A stretch of DNA of 63,179 nucleotides, filler included, from Octopus bimaculoides (GCF_001194135.2; 5 parts of 5 records of this genome joined end to end with filler, not necessarily neighbours in it), one strand, 5' to 3'; counted from the whole stretch's first letter, positions 11,650-24,465 are shown. Made by a program: numbers and translations. Notes: a model not told the origin generated them from the sequence alone.

Positions 11650-12050
11650 AGTGTGGGTTTGGTGGCAGCAGGTGGTGTACAGCGATGGTGGTAGTGGCGG
11701 TGTGGCATGGTGAGCATGACGGTGTGGTTATGATGGTGGTTGTGGTGTATTGCGGTGGCGGTGTTGCTGTGGGTGTGGCCATGGCGTAGAGTGGTGGTTT
11801 TGTATGGTGGTGGCGTTGTGCGATAGTGGTGGTTGTAGTATGGCGGTGGTGTAGTGTGTTGGTAGTAGTAGTGATGCTATATGCTGGTAGTGGTGTTTGT
11901 ATGGTATGTAGTAGATGTAGTTGTACACCAGTATGGTGCTAGTATAACTGTAGTGGCGATGGTTGTGGTGGTAGTAGTAACCTTAATGGTTGTAGCAGTA
12001 TAGTGGTAAGTAGAAGGTTAATGGTATAGTAGTGGTCATTGTTGTTGTTT
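11650..12050. repeat. Degenerate (GTG/GTA) triplet tract
   Basis: Direct reading. Confidence 0.75.
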
Positions 12051-12119
12051 AGCCATAGGCCAGTCCTGGTGCAGCAGACTTGTTCACATCGAAGATGTTC
12101 GCGTCATGATCACAGACAC

Positions 12120-12172
12120 GCAGGCATGGCTGTGCGGTTAATAAACTTGCTTTGCAGCCACGTGGTTTGAGA
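12120..12172 (+). mobile_element. SINE family B head fragment
   Basis: gcaggcatggctgtgcggttaataaacttgctttgcagccacgtgg resembles the 39980 head. Confidence 0.55.
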
Positions 12173-12622
12173 GAGAGAGAGAGAGNNNNNNNNNNGACAG
12201 AGACAGACAGACAGACAGACAGATAGACAGACAGATAGACAGATTGTATTCCTTTGTATATTAGTGCTTCTCAAACAGGAATCCATATAAGATTTTGTAA
12301 CAATTTATCTGCAATAAATTTGGTTATACTTCTACGATCCACAAAACGTTTTAACAATTTTTAAAATACGATTCTTAATAAGTACTTAAATATGAAAAAA
12401 ATATAATAGGATTATTTCAACACCGAACAGCAAGGAGGACACAACGGAGTAAAACGGGAATCAACGGGGACCATAGGTGAAAAAGAGAAAAACATGGCTG
12501 AAAAACATTGATATACGCGAACCACGACCAGGGTATTTCTTGGTGACAATCGGAGTGGTGGTGTTAGTAATTTTGTGGTAGGGGTAGCGGTAATAAGTGA
12601 AGGGATAAGGTGAGGGTGGTAA

Positions 12623-12662
<40 letters not shown>

Positions 12663-13821
12663 GATGATGATGTTGGGATCCGTGACAGAAGGAGATTAAT
12701 ATGGCGGTAGATGGTAGGTGAGAACACAAAGGCGCAAGAAAAGGCGGGAGTTATATGTATATATATATATATATATATATGTGTATATATATATACATTG
12801 CTTTTTATGTCAACACTTACTTTTACATTTTGTTTCCCTGCTCAGTCTTTCGGTGCGTGCGTGTCTGTGATTATGTAAGCGTGTGTGTGTGTNNNNNNNN
12901 NNNNNNNNNNNNNNNNNNNNNNNNNNNNNNNNNNNNNNNNNNNNNNNNNNNNNNNNNNNNNNNNNNNNNNNNNNNNNNNNNNNNNNNNNNNNNNNNNNNN
13001 NNNNNNNNNNNNNNNNNNNNNNNNNNNNNNNNNNNNNNNNNNNNNNNNNNNNNNNNNNNNNNNNNNNNNNNNNNNNNNNNNNNNNNNNNNNNNNNNNNNN
13101 NNNNNNNNNNNNNNNNNNNNNNNNNNNNNNNNNNNNNNNNNNNNNNNNNNNNNNNNNNNNNNNNNNNNNNNNNNNNNNNNNNNNNNNNNNNNNNNNNNNN
13201 NNNNNNNNNNNNNNNNNNNNNNNNNNNNNNNNNNNNNNNNNNNNNNNNNNNNNNNNNNNNNNNNNNNNNNNNNNNNNNNNNNNNNNNNNNNNNNNNNNNN
13301 NNNNNNNNNNNNNNNNNNNNNNNNNNNNNNNNNNNNNNNNNNNNNNNNNNNNNNNNNNNNNNNNNNNNNNNNNNNNNNNNNNNNNNNNNNNNNNNNNNNN
13401 NNNNNNNNNNNNNNNNNNNNNNNNNNNNNNNNNNNNNNNNNNNNNNNNNNNNNNNNNNNNNNNNNNNNNNNNNNNNNNNNNNNNNNNNNNNNNNNNNNNN
13501 NNNNNNNNNNNNNNNNNNNNNNNNNNNNNNNNNNNNNNNNNNNNNNNNNNNNNNNNNNNNNNNNNNNNNNNNNNNNNNNNNNNNNNNNNNNNNNNNNNNN
13601 NNNNNNNNNNNNNNNNNNNNNNNNNNNNNNNNNNNNNNNNNNNNNNNNNNNNNNNNNNNNNNNNNNNNNNNNNNNNNNNNNNNNNNNNNNNNNNNNNNNN
13701 NNNNNNNNNNNNNNNNNNNNNNNNNNNNNNNNNNNNNNNNNNNNNNNNNNNNNNNNNNNNNNNNNNNNNNNNNNNNNNNNNNNNNNNNNNNNNNNNNNNN
13801 NNNNNNNNNNNNNNNNNNNNN

Positions 13822-13987
13822 GAGGGAGGGAGGAAGGAATGGGTAGGTGGGTGGTGTTGGGATGAGATAAAGGGAATGGGGTGATTAACAGAATCAGAAT
13901 GAGATCTTGTGTGTGAGAGAGATATACTAGAAGATTATGAGATAAGAAAGAAAAAAGAGAAGGGAGAGAGAGAAGGGAGATAGCGAG

Positions 13988-14029
<42 letters not shown>

Positions 14030-14389
14030 GAGGGAGAAAGCAAGCGATGGAGAAAGAGAAATGAATATAAATTGAGGTAAACAGAGATGTCAAGGGAAGA
14101 AGAGAAAGAAAGTGGGAGAGAGAGATTCATATGGAATGATATAAAAACAGAAAAATATAGAGATAAAAACACGTGGAGAAAAGACTGAGAAAAAAAGGGA
14201 AGAGAAGAAATAGTTACAGAAATAGATAGATAGATAGAGAGAAAGAGAGAACGAAAGGGAGAGAAGTAGAGAGATCGAGACATGTAGAAAGGGATAAAGA
14301 GCTAAAAAGTGAGAAAAAGGCTCAGATGGAGAAAGACAGAAGAAATGATGGGAGACAGCGAGGGAGATAGATAGATAGATAGATAGTTT

Positions 14390-14427
<38 letters not shown>

Positions 14428-14460
14428 GAGAGATAGAGAGAGTGAGTGAGTGAGTGAGAA
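13822..14460. repeat. Long GA-rich polypurine tract with (GA)n/(GATA)n
   Basis: Direct reading. Confidence 0.9.
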
Positions 14461-14744
14461 AAAGAATTCCTTTTCTTATTGCGCCTCTTTTTCTATCCCC
14501 GGTCGCTTTTCTCGTCTTTCCACTCACCCCTGTCCATTTGTCCCCCTATTTCTCCTTTAATTTGCATCTTCGGCCGATATCTTTCCCGCTCACTCCTCTC
14601 CCCCTCTTTTTTTTATTCACCCAACATGTTGCCCTCCTCCCCTACTTTACATATCAACTTAACGAAAGATAAAGAACCAGCCTTGCATGCATTACTTCCC
14701 CCCTCATCGCTGTCTTCTACTCTCTCAAACTCTCGCTTCTCTCA

Positions 14745-14781
<37 letters not shown>

Positions 14782-15079
14782 AGAAAGAGAGAGAAAAAGA
14801 AAGAGTAAGAGAGAAAGAGAGAGAATCAGGAATAAGCAAAACTCGCAACAGATGTAAATTTGAAGACGTGGAGCGGGCTGATTTGGTTGGTACCGCAGAA
14901 ACAAACACAATGTTTTCTAAAAAAGAAACCGGTCATTTGTTTCGACTACTGCCTCGTCAAATGAAATATGAAATATTTATTCGTGTTAAAGTCGACTAGA
15001 AAAAGAAAGAGTAAAAAAGCCGAGTAAATTCTTCGTGAAAAACTTAGGTAGACACGTGCTTAATATCGTTATTCTAACT

Positions 15080-15610
15080 AAAGCTTTAAAGTTTAATAAA
15101 GAATGGTTGGAATCATTAATAAACTGTAATTTGTCATTAGGTTCACCATAGAATTTAAATTTACTTATACTTAAACACGAACTGCGATCTTTAAACCTAA
15201 AATCTAACTCCTTGGTGAAACCCTTTCACGCAGCATTAATTGTGTCGCCATTTATATTTCGCAAAATACGTAAACCATCATCACTGTAAAGACCGAAATA
15301 CGGAGAGGAGTCTCTTTTGAAATAAAAGTAAGGCATGTAATTATTTTCAATGCACAAACGTCGTAACCATCTTCCGATCGTAATTTTAAGTCAATAACTT
15401 TCTAATCAATACGTTTAACACCGAAAGCATAGTCTTGAAATCACAAATATCTCTCGATGCGCTAAATGATAATAAAGCCAGAATTACATGTCGGAATGAG
15501 ACCTCTGTTTAAATTGAAAGGGTTTTTGAAAAAGAGATTTGTTCCTGGACAGATAGAACTCTACTATATCAAAGTGCATACATTTACAAAATCGCTTATT
15601 ATCTATGCCG
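15080..15610 (-). mobile_element. Decayed Penelope-like retroelement reverse transcriptase
   Basis: Minus strand reads NKRFCKCMHFDIVEFYLS (DIVEFYLSRN at 15570-15541), GSEDGYDVCAL, YFGLYSDDGLRILRNING (YFGLYSDDGL at 15300-15271) and EPNDKLQFINDSNH, in the order of the PLE motifs FDIVEFYPSI, MGSYDGAEVCEL, GLYRDDGL and KPND.LLYIN..SNHP. Contains stops and frameshifts. Confidence 0.8.
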
Positions 15611-15987
15611 CTTTATTATTAAAATATTATGCATAATTAAAAAGAAGCGACTTTTTTAATGGTGGAACCTAAGATATTTGTTCATCCTACCTATCTCTTT
15701 CCATCGCGTATTATCCTTTACGCATGGAACAAATGCCATTGTTTTTGCATCCAATTGTCTTCTATAAGGCGGTTAACTGTGATTTGAGTGATATATGAGT
15801 GAGATTTGAGTTTGATTTGGCTGCTAATTGAAGCCAGCTGAGCGGAATATTTGATCAAAATAGACCTGATCAGCTGTTGAAACTCCACTAATAATCCTAA
15901 AAACCCAAATGTGAATCATATACTCTAAGTTCAAATGAGACTCACAAAGGCACCGTAGAATAACACACACACACACACGGTGTAAAT

Positions 15988-16165
15988 AAGGCGAGCTGGC
16001 GGAATCGTTAGTATACTGGGCGAAATGCTTAGCAGTATTTCGTCTGCTGCTACGTTCTGAGTTCAAATTCCGGCGGGGTCGACTTTGCTTTTCATCCTTT
16101 CAGAGTCGATAAATTAAGTCGATGCAATCGACTGGACTCCTCCCCGAAAATTTCAAGGCCTTTTG
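15988..16165 (+). mobile_element. SINE family A
   Basis: aaggcgagctggcggaatcgttag..gttctgagttcaaattcc..gtcgactttgcttttcatcctttc. Confidence 0.9.
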
Positions 16166-16341
16166 CCATCAGTATATATATAATAATAATAATAATAACA
16201 ATAATAAGTCTAACTTCCCTTTTATTCGACGGTTTTTCATGGCGTCTATTGCCATTAATAGCCGACGAGAATGCATCGTAGCTCTTCACTCCGACATTCG
16301 AAACTCCGAGTACTGTAATGACAACTTACTGATTGTCCTAA

Positions 16342-16344
<3 letters not shown>

Positions 16345-16435
<91 letters not shown>
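16345..16435. repeat. (CA)n microsatellite
   Basis: About 44 perfect CA units. Confidence 0.97.
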
Positions 16436-16437
<2 letters not shown>

Positions 16438-16615
16438 TTTATTGGCTGTAACTTCGAAGTTTCGGCTGTAATAACTGATTCAAAGACTCAATAAGCCACT
16501 GCGAGAAAATTTTCTATCAGGTAGAAAATATTCGATTTGACATAGAATCCGTTATTCAGTAAATGTTTCATTTTCACATATTTAAAAATACTTTTAGCAT
16601 TATGTAAGCGTGCAC

Positions 16616-16646
<31 letters not shown>

Positions 16647-17396
16647 GAATACATATGTGTGCCTGGGTGACTGTATACATGCATGCATGTATGTATGTAT
16701 TATTTACGCGTGTATATATGTGTGTGGGTCTTCATTATACAGAGGCAAAACGTTGGTTTTATATCCAAGCATAACCAAAATTCTTTTCAGGAAACAGGGG
16801 GAAAAAAAAATTAATTTCCAGAAAATTCTCGCAGCCAAATTTCCAACAATTTGACTTGTAAGTGAATCCTTACAACTACATACACACATACACATATATA
16901 CCCACATACCCATAGCCACCCATACGTAAACATCTACGTACAAATACAAACAGCACTGAAGGCACGGCCTTACACAGGTACACGCAAATGCAAGCACATG
17001 CACGTAAATACAGATTCCTACCCATGCAGCTGCGCCCACCTAAGCGCTCGTATGTTCAGAGTCCCACCCCTATACCCACGTGTGTGCAGGATAATCCATT
17101 GCGCACCACCATATCTATCTATCTCTCTATCTATCGTTCTCCGTCTTTGTATGCGTGCGTCTTTCTGTGCGTTAGTATGTGTGTGTGTGTGTGTGCGTGT
17201 GTATACATACACATGCACGTATATACATTTTACCAAATGCACGCCCGTACATAACACACTCACACACACACACACACACACACACGCATGCGCGCGCACA
17301 CACGTAATTTCAAGATATAAGCATTAAGAAAGAAAATGAAAGAATGAAAGTTGAATAATCTTGAGATGGTGTGGGAGGATATACGTAGGTATATAT

Positions 17397-17450
<54 letters not shown>

Positions 17451-18285
17451 ATATATATACATACACACACATACATACAAATACATACACACATATATAT
17501 ATATACATACAAACACACATATATACATACATACACACGCATATATACATACATACACACGCATATATATATATATGTATACATACACATACATATATGC
17601 ATTNNNNNNNNNNNNNNNNNNNNNNNNNNNNNNNNNNNNNNNNNNNNNNNNNNNNNNNNNNNNNNNNNNNNNNNNNNNNNNNNNNNNNNNNNNNNNNNNN
17701 NNNNNNNNNNNNNNNNNNNNNNNNNNNNNNNNNNNNNNNNNNNNNNNNNNNNNNNNNNNNNNNNNNNNNNNNNNNNNNNNNNNNNNNNNNNNNNNNNNNN
17801 NNNNNNNNNNNNNNNNNNNNNNNNNNNNNNNNNNNNNNNNNNNNNNNNNNNNNNNNNNNNNNNNNNNNNNNNNNNNNNNNNNNNNNNNNNNNNNNNNNNN
17901 NNNNNNNNNNNNNNNNNNNNNNNNNNNNNNNNNNNNNNNNNNNNNNNNNNNNNNNNNNNNNNNNNNNNNNNNNNNNNNNNNNNNNNNNNNNNNNNNNNNN
18001 NNNNNNNNNNNNNNNNNNNNNNNNNNNNNNNNNNNNNNNNNNNNNNNNNNNNNNNNNNNNNNNNNNNNNNNNNNNNNNNNNNNNTATATATAATGATGAG
18101 TCAGGTTGGAATAATTCACTATCGGATAGGTGGTGGTGGTGGTGGTGGTGCCAGTAGTAGTAGTAATAATAATAGTAGCAGTAGTAGTGGTGGTGGGGTA
18201 TTTTTGTTCATTATAGTTGTTATAGTAATAGTAGAAATGGCGGTATAATAATAATAATAATAATTATTATTATTATTATTATTAT

Positions 18286-18500
18286 GGCAGTGAGCTGGCA
18301 GAATTATTAGCACGCTGGTCGAAATGCTTAGCGGCTTTTCGTCTGCCATTACGTTCTGAGTTCAAATTCCGCAGAGGTCCACTTTGCCGTACATCCTTCC
18401 GGGGTCGATAAATTAAGTACCAGCTGCGTACTTGGGGTCGATGTAATCAACTGACCCCTCCCCCAAAACTGCTGCCCTTGTGGCAAAATTTTAAACCATT
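18286..18500 (+). mobile_element. SINE family A with (ATT)n tail, embedded in an ATT microsatellite
   Basis: ggcagtgagctggcagaattattagc head; ends ..gtggcaaaattttaaacc-attattat. Confidence 0.9.
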
Positions 18501-19290
18501 ATTATCGTTATTATTATTGTTAATAGTGGTGGTAGTAGTATTTTTACTGGTAGTGGTGAGAGTTTAGGTATTTGTAGTAGTTGCTGTAGTGTCCGTGGTC
18601 ACGATAGATGCAGTATAGGCGCTAGTAATAGATATATTAATTGATAGTAATGGCAACAGTAGCGTTGGTGATGGTAGTGGTGTTGATGTTAGTGAATGTG
18701 GTATAGGCGCTAGCTTCAACGATAGTGGTGGTGGTGGTGAGGCTCTGTTGGTGATAGTGTCGATGTTGGAGTAAGTGTTGTTAGCGGTTTGGTAAGGGTG
18801 AAGGTGGCCATTTTAACATTGATGATGATGACGATGACGATGATGATGATAGTTTTTGTTTACCAGGAGCATCAGATGAGGGAGGTGGGGCATTACCAAC
18901 TATAGCAATGACAGTAGTGATGATGATGATGATGATGATGACAGTGTCGACGATAATGATGGCGTTATCAATAAAGATGACAATGATGTTTGATGATGAT
19001 GATGATGATGGTAAAGATAATGAGGACATTGATGATGATGATGATGATGGCGTTGTCAATGAAGATGATGATCATGTTGCTAACGTTGATGATAATGATG
19101 ACAATCATGAAAATGATGACAATTATGAGAACGATGACAGTCATGATGACGACGACGAAAACGATAATGATGGCGATATCAATGAAGACGATGATAATGA
19201 TGATGATGATGATGACATAATGGCGGATGGTAGTAGTAGTAGTAGTAGTAGTAGTAGCGGTGGTGGTGGTGGTGGTGGTTGTGTAGGGTG
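18500..19290. repeat. Degenerate (GTA/GAT/GGT) triplet region
   Basis: Direct reading; yields the poly-Asp ORF 18908-19324. Confidence 0.85.
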
Positions 19291-19877
19291 GAGTGGGGGT
19301 ATGGCTAATTACAGACTTTTATAACAACAACATTGCCAACACAAACGGCTGCAGGCTTAAAGCGAACGTGTCTGGTGTTAAAACAATTAAGAATCGGGCG
19401 AGGAGCGAGGAGGGGTGTGTNNNNNNNNNNNNNNNNNNNNNNNNNNNNNNNNNNNNNNNNNNNNNNNNNNNNNNNNNNNNNNNNNNNNNNNNNNNNNNNN
19501 NNNNNNNNNNNNNNNNNNNNNNNNNNNNNNNNNNNNNNNNNNNNNNNNNNNNNNNNNNNNNNNNNNNNNNNNNNNNNNNNNNNNNNNNNNNNNNNNNNNN
19601 NNNNNNNNNNNNNNNNNNNNNNNNNNNNNNNNNNNNNNNNNNNNNNNNNNNNNNNNNNNNNNNNNNNNNNNNNNNNNNNNNNNNNNNNNNNNNNNNNNNN
19701 NNNNNNNNNNNNNNNNNNNNNNNNNNNNNNNNNNNNNNNNNNNNNNNNNNNNNNNNNNNNNNNNNNNNNNNNNNNNNNNNNNNNNNNNNNNNNNNNNNNN
19801 NNNNNNNNNNNNNNNNNNNNNNNNNNNNNNNNNNNNNNNNNNNNNNNNNNNNNNNNNNNNNNNNNNNNNNNNNNNNN

Positions 19878-20012
19878 AAATAGGCCAGACATCATATTGA
19901 AAGACTTCAGACAAAAATCATGCCTCCTTATTGATATGACTGTCCCAATCGATATAAACGTATCTGTCAAGACCTACCAAAAACTGAGCAAATATAAAGA
20001 TCTTGAAATAGA
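19878..20012 (+). mobile_element. Restriction-like endonuclease domain fragment of an R4/Dong-type non-LTR retrotransposon
   Basis: NRPDIILKDFRQKSCLLIDMTVPIDINVSVKTYQKLSKYKDLEIE fits the RLE signature RPD..x..D...K..KY..L. Left side is a gap; right side is cut by a SINE. Confidence 0.88.
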
Positions 20013-20208
20013 GGGGACAAATAAGGACAGACAAGGGGATTAAGTCGATTACATCAACCGCAGTGCGTAACTGGTACTTAATTTATCGACCCCGAAAGGA
20101 TGAAAGGCAAAGTCAACCTCGGCGGAATTTGAACTCAGAATGTAAAGACAGACTAAATGCCGCTAAGCATTTCGCCCGGCGTGCTAACGATTCGGCCAGC
20201 TCGCCGCG
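20013..20208 (-). mobile_element. SINE family A, gtctgtccttgtttgtcccc-type tail
   Basis: Reverse complement nearly colinear with 39503-39734. Confidence 0.92.
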
Positions 20209-20544
20209 CTGCTTTGATAATTTCTAAGTTTGGCAGAGAGCCATGCATTTAAGAGTGAAAGGGATGTGTAATCGATTAAACCAATTCGAATATCTATAAA
20301 ACAGAAATGATAGGCGCGAGCCTCTACGGGCCAACGAGGTGATGATAGCCTGCCTCTCGTCTACGTAGTCACTCGACCTGTAAGAAATAACAGCTAAATA
20401 TCCCTCAAAGATGAAAGCTTATTGTTCTTGAGGTAAGGAAAGACACGTTGGTTAATGTAAAGTCACCTGCCCAGGAACTACCCCCCACCAAAAGTAAAAA
20501 TGAAATATGGAATGGTCATAGGTAGAATGTTCTTGCATGTGAGG

Positions 20545-20705
20545 TACAGGTATGGCTATGTGGTAAGAAACTTGCTTTCCATCCACATAGTTCCGGGTTC
20601 AGTCCCTCTGCGTGGTACCTTGGGCAAGAGTCTTCTACGTTGGCATCGGGCCGACCAAAGCTTTTTGACTGGATTTGGTAGAGGGAAACTGAAAGAAGCC
20701 GGTCA
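20545..20705 (+). mobile_element. SINE family B head
   Basis: ggctatgtggtaagaaacttgc..gttccgggttcagtcc..gtggtaccttgggcaag..gggccgaccaaagc..ggatttggtaga.ggaaactgaaagaagcc. Confidence 0.88.
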
Positions 20706-20744
20706 TAAATATGTATGACGATCGCAAGAATGTGATTTCAGTTC

Positions 20745-20900
20745 ACGGAGCGGGCGTTGCGTTCTTGAGCAAAACCCTTCGTTTCAGGTTGCTCCAGTCT
20801 ACTCGGCCGTAAATGAGTAACCCTGCCAGGAACTTTGTTATTTCGGTCACTTATTATACGCCATGGAAATCGAGTGACCGTCCATCTGGATCTCAGGACT
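20745..20900 (+). mobile_element. SINE family D fragment
   Basis: gcgttgcgttcttgagcaaaac..gttgctccagtc.actc..; tail tcggtcactta..gccatgga as in the 24466 copy. Confidence 0.65.
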
Positions 20901-22151
20901 CGAGACAACAATGTCCAGGGGTCGGTGATGAAGATGATCATATTCATTTTGACAATAACGTCAATGATTATACTGATTATGACGATGTCAATGATGATAT
21001 TGATGGTGATTACGCCAACGATGATGATGAACATCCGAACCATTACTTGTTAAGCTGTGTGTACGTTTATACACCTGATGTTTTTTTGTTCTTTTTTTAG
21101 TGTTTGGTGAAACCTGTTGAATGGAACGCCGTGAGAGGGACAGAATCAGAAAGAGTGAACGAGCGATCAACATTTGAGTGCGTGTGTAAATGACGGAGCC
21201 TATAGACGGCGTAAATTTGCGAGCGAGTGACAAAGATAGGCAGAGAAGAAAAGAAAAGAAAGAGTGATGAAGAAAGAATGACTCAGAAATTATCATTAAT
21301 AATAATAATGATAATAATAATAATAATAATAATAAAGAAACAAAAAGAGGAAAAAGAGAAGAGAAATACAGTAATCGAGTGAACAGTAAGTGGGAAAGAA
21401 AAGCGAGAGAAAACAAAGAATTCTATGGATTATAGTCAGTGAAAAATAAATATTAAGTAAATTGCCTTTCACATATTTGTCACTTAGAAAATTTTGTTTA
21501 GAAAATATTTTTCATTGTTAACCTCGTATATAATACGCGTTAGAAATTTTGAGAGTGTGTGTGTGCGCGTGTGTGTTGGCGGGAGTATGTGAGTGTACCT
21601 GTCCACACACCATTTTTTCCTTATCTTTCTTGTCCCTGTCGCAGTCACTGGACTGCGATCATGCTGGGTCATCTCACGTGTCCAGTTTTTTTTAAGGGAG
21701 AAGGAAATTTGGCTCTTGATGTTTTGTTTTTCTTTTGTTATTTAACACCAAGTCATCCCTGATGAAGCAGAGGTATGATGGAAGGTCAGCCATTCATAAC
21801 CTTCTCGCCCCCCTTTTTTTTCTTTTTAAATTTAGGACATTTCCCAATATTCCTCGTCTAAAGGAATATCAGGTGGAAACGGAAACAAGACATTAACCAG
21901 GATAGGTCAGTAGGCTTGCAACCGTCCGTTAGTTGGACAATCAAGTCCATGCTACTCGTGCTTTGGTCAGGTGGGATCTCCAGCTGAATGTGAACTGGAT
22001 TCATCTGTCCGGTTCAGAGAGAGAGAGAGAAGGAGGGGAGGAAGAGACAGTGAAGGAGATACAAGGAAGGCATGTGAGTGTGTGGAGTGTGTGAGAGATG
22101 GGTGAATGGAATGGCAAAATTCGATTTGAAAAACGTGAATTAACAAAACTA

Positions 22152-22577
22152 CCGTAAATCCTCGAGTATAATCCGCACTTTTTTTCCTAAAATTTAAAGG
22201 TCAAAATTTCTAACGCGTACTATATACGAGATTAACAATGGAAAAATATTTTCTAAGCAAAATTTTCCAAGTGATAAATATGTAAAGGCAATTTACTTAA
22301 TATTTATTTTTCACTGACGTTATTACTGTTATTTCTTTATTTTCTGCAAACAAAGTGCACAAAAATGCTACACGTTTGCATTATGCTATATATACTATAA
22401 TAATAAGGGAAGTTACCGTATATATGTTTACAAACCAAGGACGTTATATAGACTCCTTGACTCAAGTTAGAGAAGGGGTGCGTATTATACACAAGGTTTA
22501 GGTTTTTCAGAGGTACAGCCCCTTAAAAATCCCCTGCGTATTATACTCAAAGGCGGACTATACTCAAGGATTTACGG
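22152..22577. mobile_element. 426-bp Tc1/mariner (pogo-like) MITE with 25-bp TIRs and TA target duplication
   Basis: Left ccgtaaatcctcgagtataatccgc (22152-22176) vs reverse complement of 22553-22577 ccgtaaatccttgagtatagtccgc, 23/25 identical. TA at 22150-51 and 22578-79. Internal gcgtattatac subterminal repeats. Confidence 0.92.
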
Positions 22578-23480
22578 TATACTAAAAGAAACAATTCGAT
22601 ATTTTACGCCAGTGAAATAGGTAAAAGAAAATGAGAAGACAAGAAAGTACAGAAAGCTCAGCAGACAAGACACTAGAGAAATTAGAAAGAGCATCAAATT
22701 TCTCTCTAGTCTCAGAAGCAAAATGAACACATGAAATAATATAACCGTAGACAAGCAATAGGAGGGAAAAGAGCGGAGAGGTCATGGCTGAAACGCTTTT
22801 GATCACAGGTCTGTGTTCACACAGAGCTAAACCTAGGAGTAAAGAGCAACAATACCATCAATACAATTAGGCTCCTGAAGGAAATCGTTAGGCAGTTGCC
22901 CTCGATGCAAGACAAAACAGCTAATTCTTCCTCAAATGTCATTCTTGAAAATAAGTGAAAGACAGGCTGGAAAAATGTAGTTTTAGATACACTAGTCGTG
23001 GTAATCATGGTGAGTGATGGTCACCGTTGAAATGTCATTGATTATCGATCTAATCGGCCAGGGTTGACCAGAGTCAACAACAGTAACGACGGCAATAATG
23101 TCAAAGCCCTTTACTAATTCCGACAACATGACTAATTGGTGCGAAGGAAGAGCTCAAGAATTACAGCCAATGGAAACAGGAACAGCAAAAATTGCAGCAA
23201 CAACAACAACTGCTACTACTACTACTACTACTATTACTACTACTACTATTGCTGCTGCTGCTGCTACAACCGGCAGTAAATCGTGCAACATCATTATTAC
23301 TTGGTGGACCATACACCAAGAATGTATGATTAATTTTTAGTAATTAACTTGAGAACTTATATTAGAGGGGGTGACTGCAATTACCACACACACACCGCTC
23401 TCTCTGTGTGTCCCTCTGTACATTTGTCTGTCTCTCCCTCTTTCTCTCTTTAAAATACAGAACGGAGAATATAAAGAGAC

Positions 23481-23582
<102 letters not shown>

Positions 23583-23817
23583 CATTATGAAGGAGTGTCC
23601 AGGACCACACAGTAATGAATGTTATATATATAATAGATGTAGGGGAAGAAACATCTATCACAGGAAGAGCGAGCAAACGAGGGGGGGGAACGTATAGGAA
23701 ACATGGCGAACATTGAGGGTGAGAGTGTGGGTAAGAGGCGGGGGGAGATAACGCCGGTAATCTTTATATATATATATACACACACATACGCACATATACG
23801 GATGGTCAGACAGAGAG

Positions 23818-24078
23818 ATAGCTAGCTAGCTAGATAGATAGATAGCTAGATAGCTAGATAGCTAGATAGATAGATAGCTAGATAGATAGCTAGATAGATA
23901 GCTAGATAGCTAGATAGATAGATAGCTAGATAGCTAGATAGCTAGATAGATAGATAGCTAGATAGCTAGATAGATAGCTAGATAGATAGCTAGATAGCTA
24001 GATAGATAGATAGCTAGATAGATAGATAGCTAGATAGAAAGATAGCTAGCTAGAAAGATAGCCAGCCAGCCAGATAGA
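23818..24078. repeat. Mosaic TAGA/TAGC tetranucleotide satellite
   Basis: Direct reading. Confidence 0.93.
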
Positions 24079-24465
24079 GTTTGGGATGTGTGTTTGTACA
24101 CACTAATATAACATACACGAACACACATTTTACAGTTTCGTGTGACAAGATAAAGTTAATTGCTTGACCTGACATTACTCATACGATCAAAGGTAATCGA
24201 TATCCTGTGATCAGTTATATTGATTGCAGTGCAAGATGTGGACACATGAGTGTATATGAGTGTGAGTGTATATGTGCATGTACGTATGTGTGTGTGCGTG
24301 TGTGTGTGTGTGAGAGCTCGTCTGTGGAGTACGTTGTGGCGTTCATTCTGAACCCATAAAGCAAGAGAATTACCGAAGTATGTGGTCTACAACTGTTAAT
24401 CCAATATCTAGCTCCAGTCTAGGTGGCCCTTACCTTCTGTGCAACGAGGACTCACTGAAAATAAT

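Noticed and set aside
22600-22990. KYRKLSRQDTREIRK-like stretch reminiscent of a LINE ORF2 linker
   Set aside because: Too short and interrupted to support a call.
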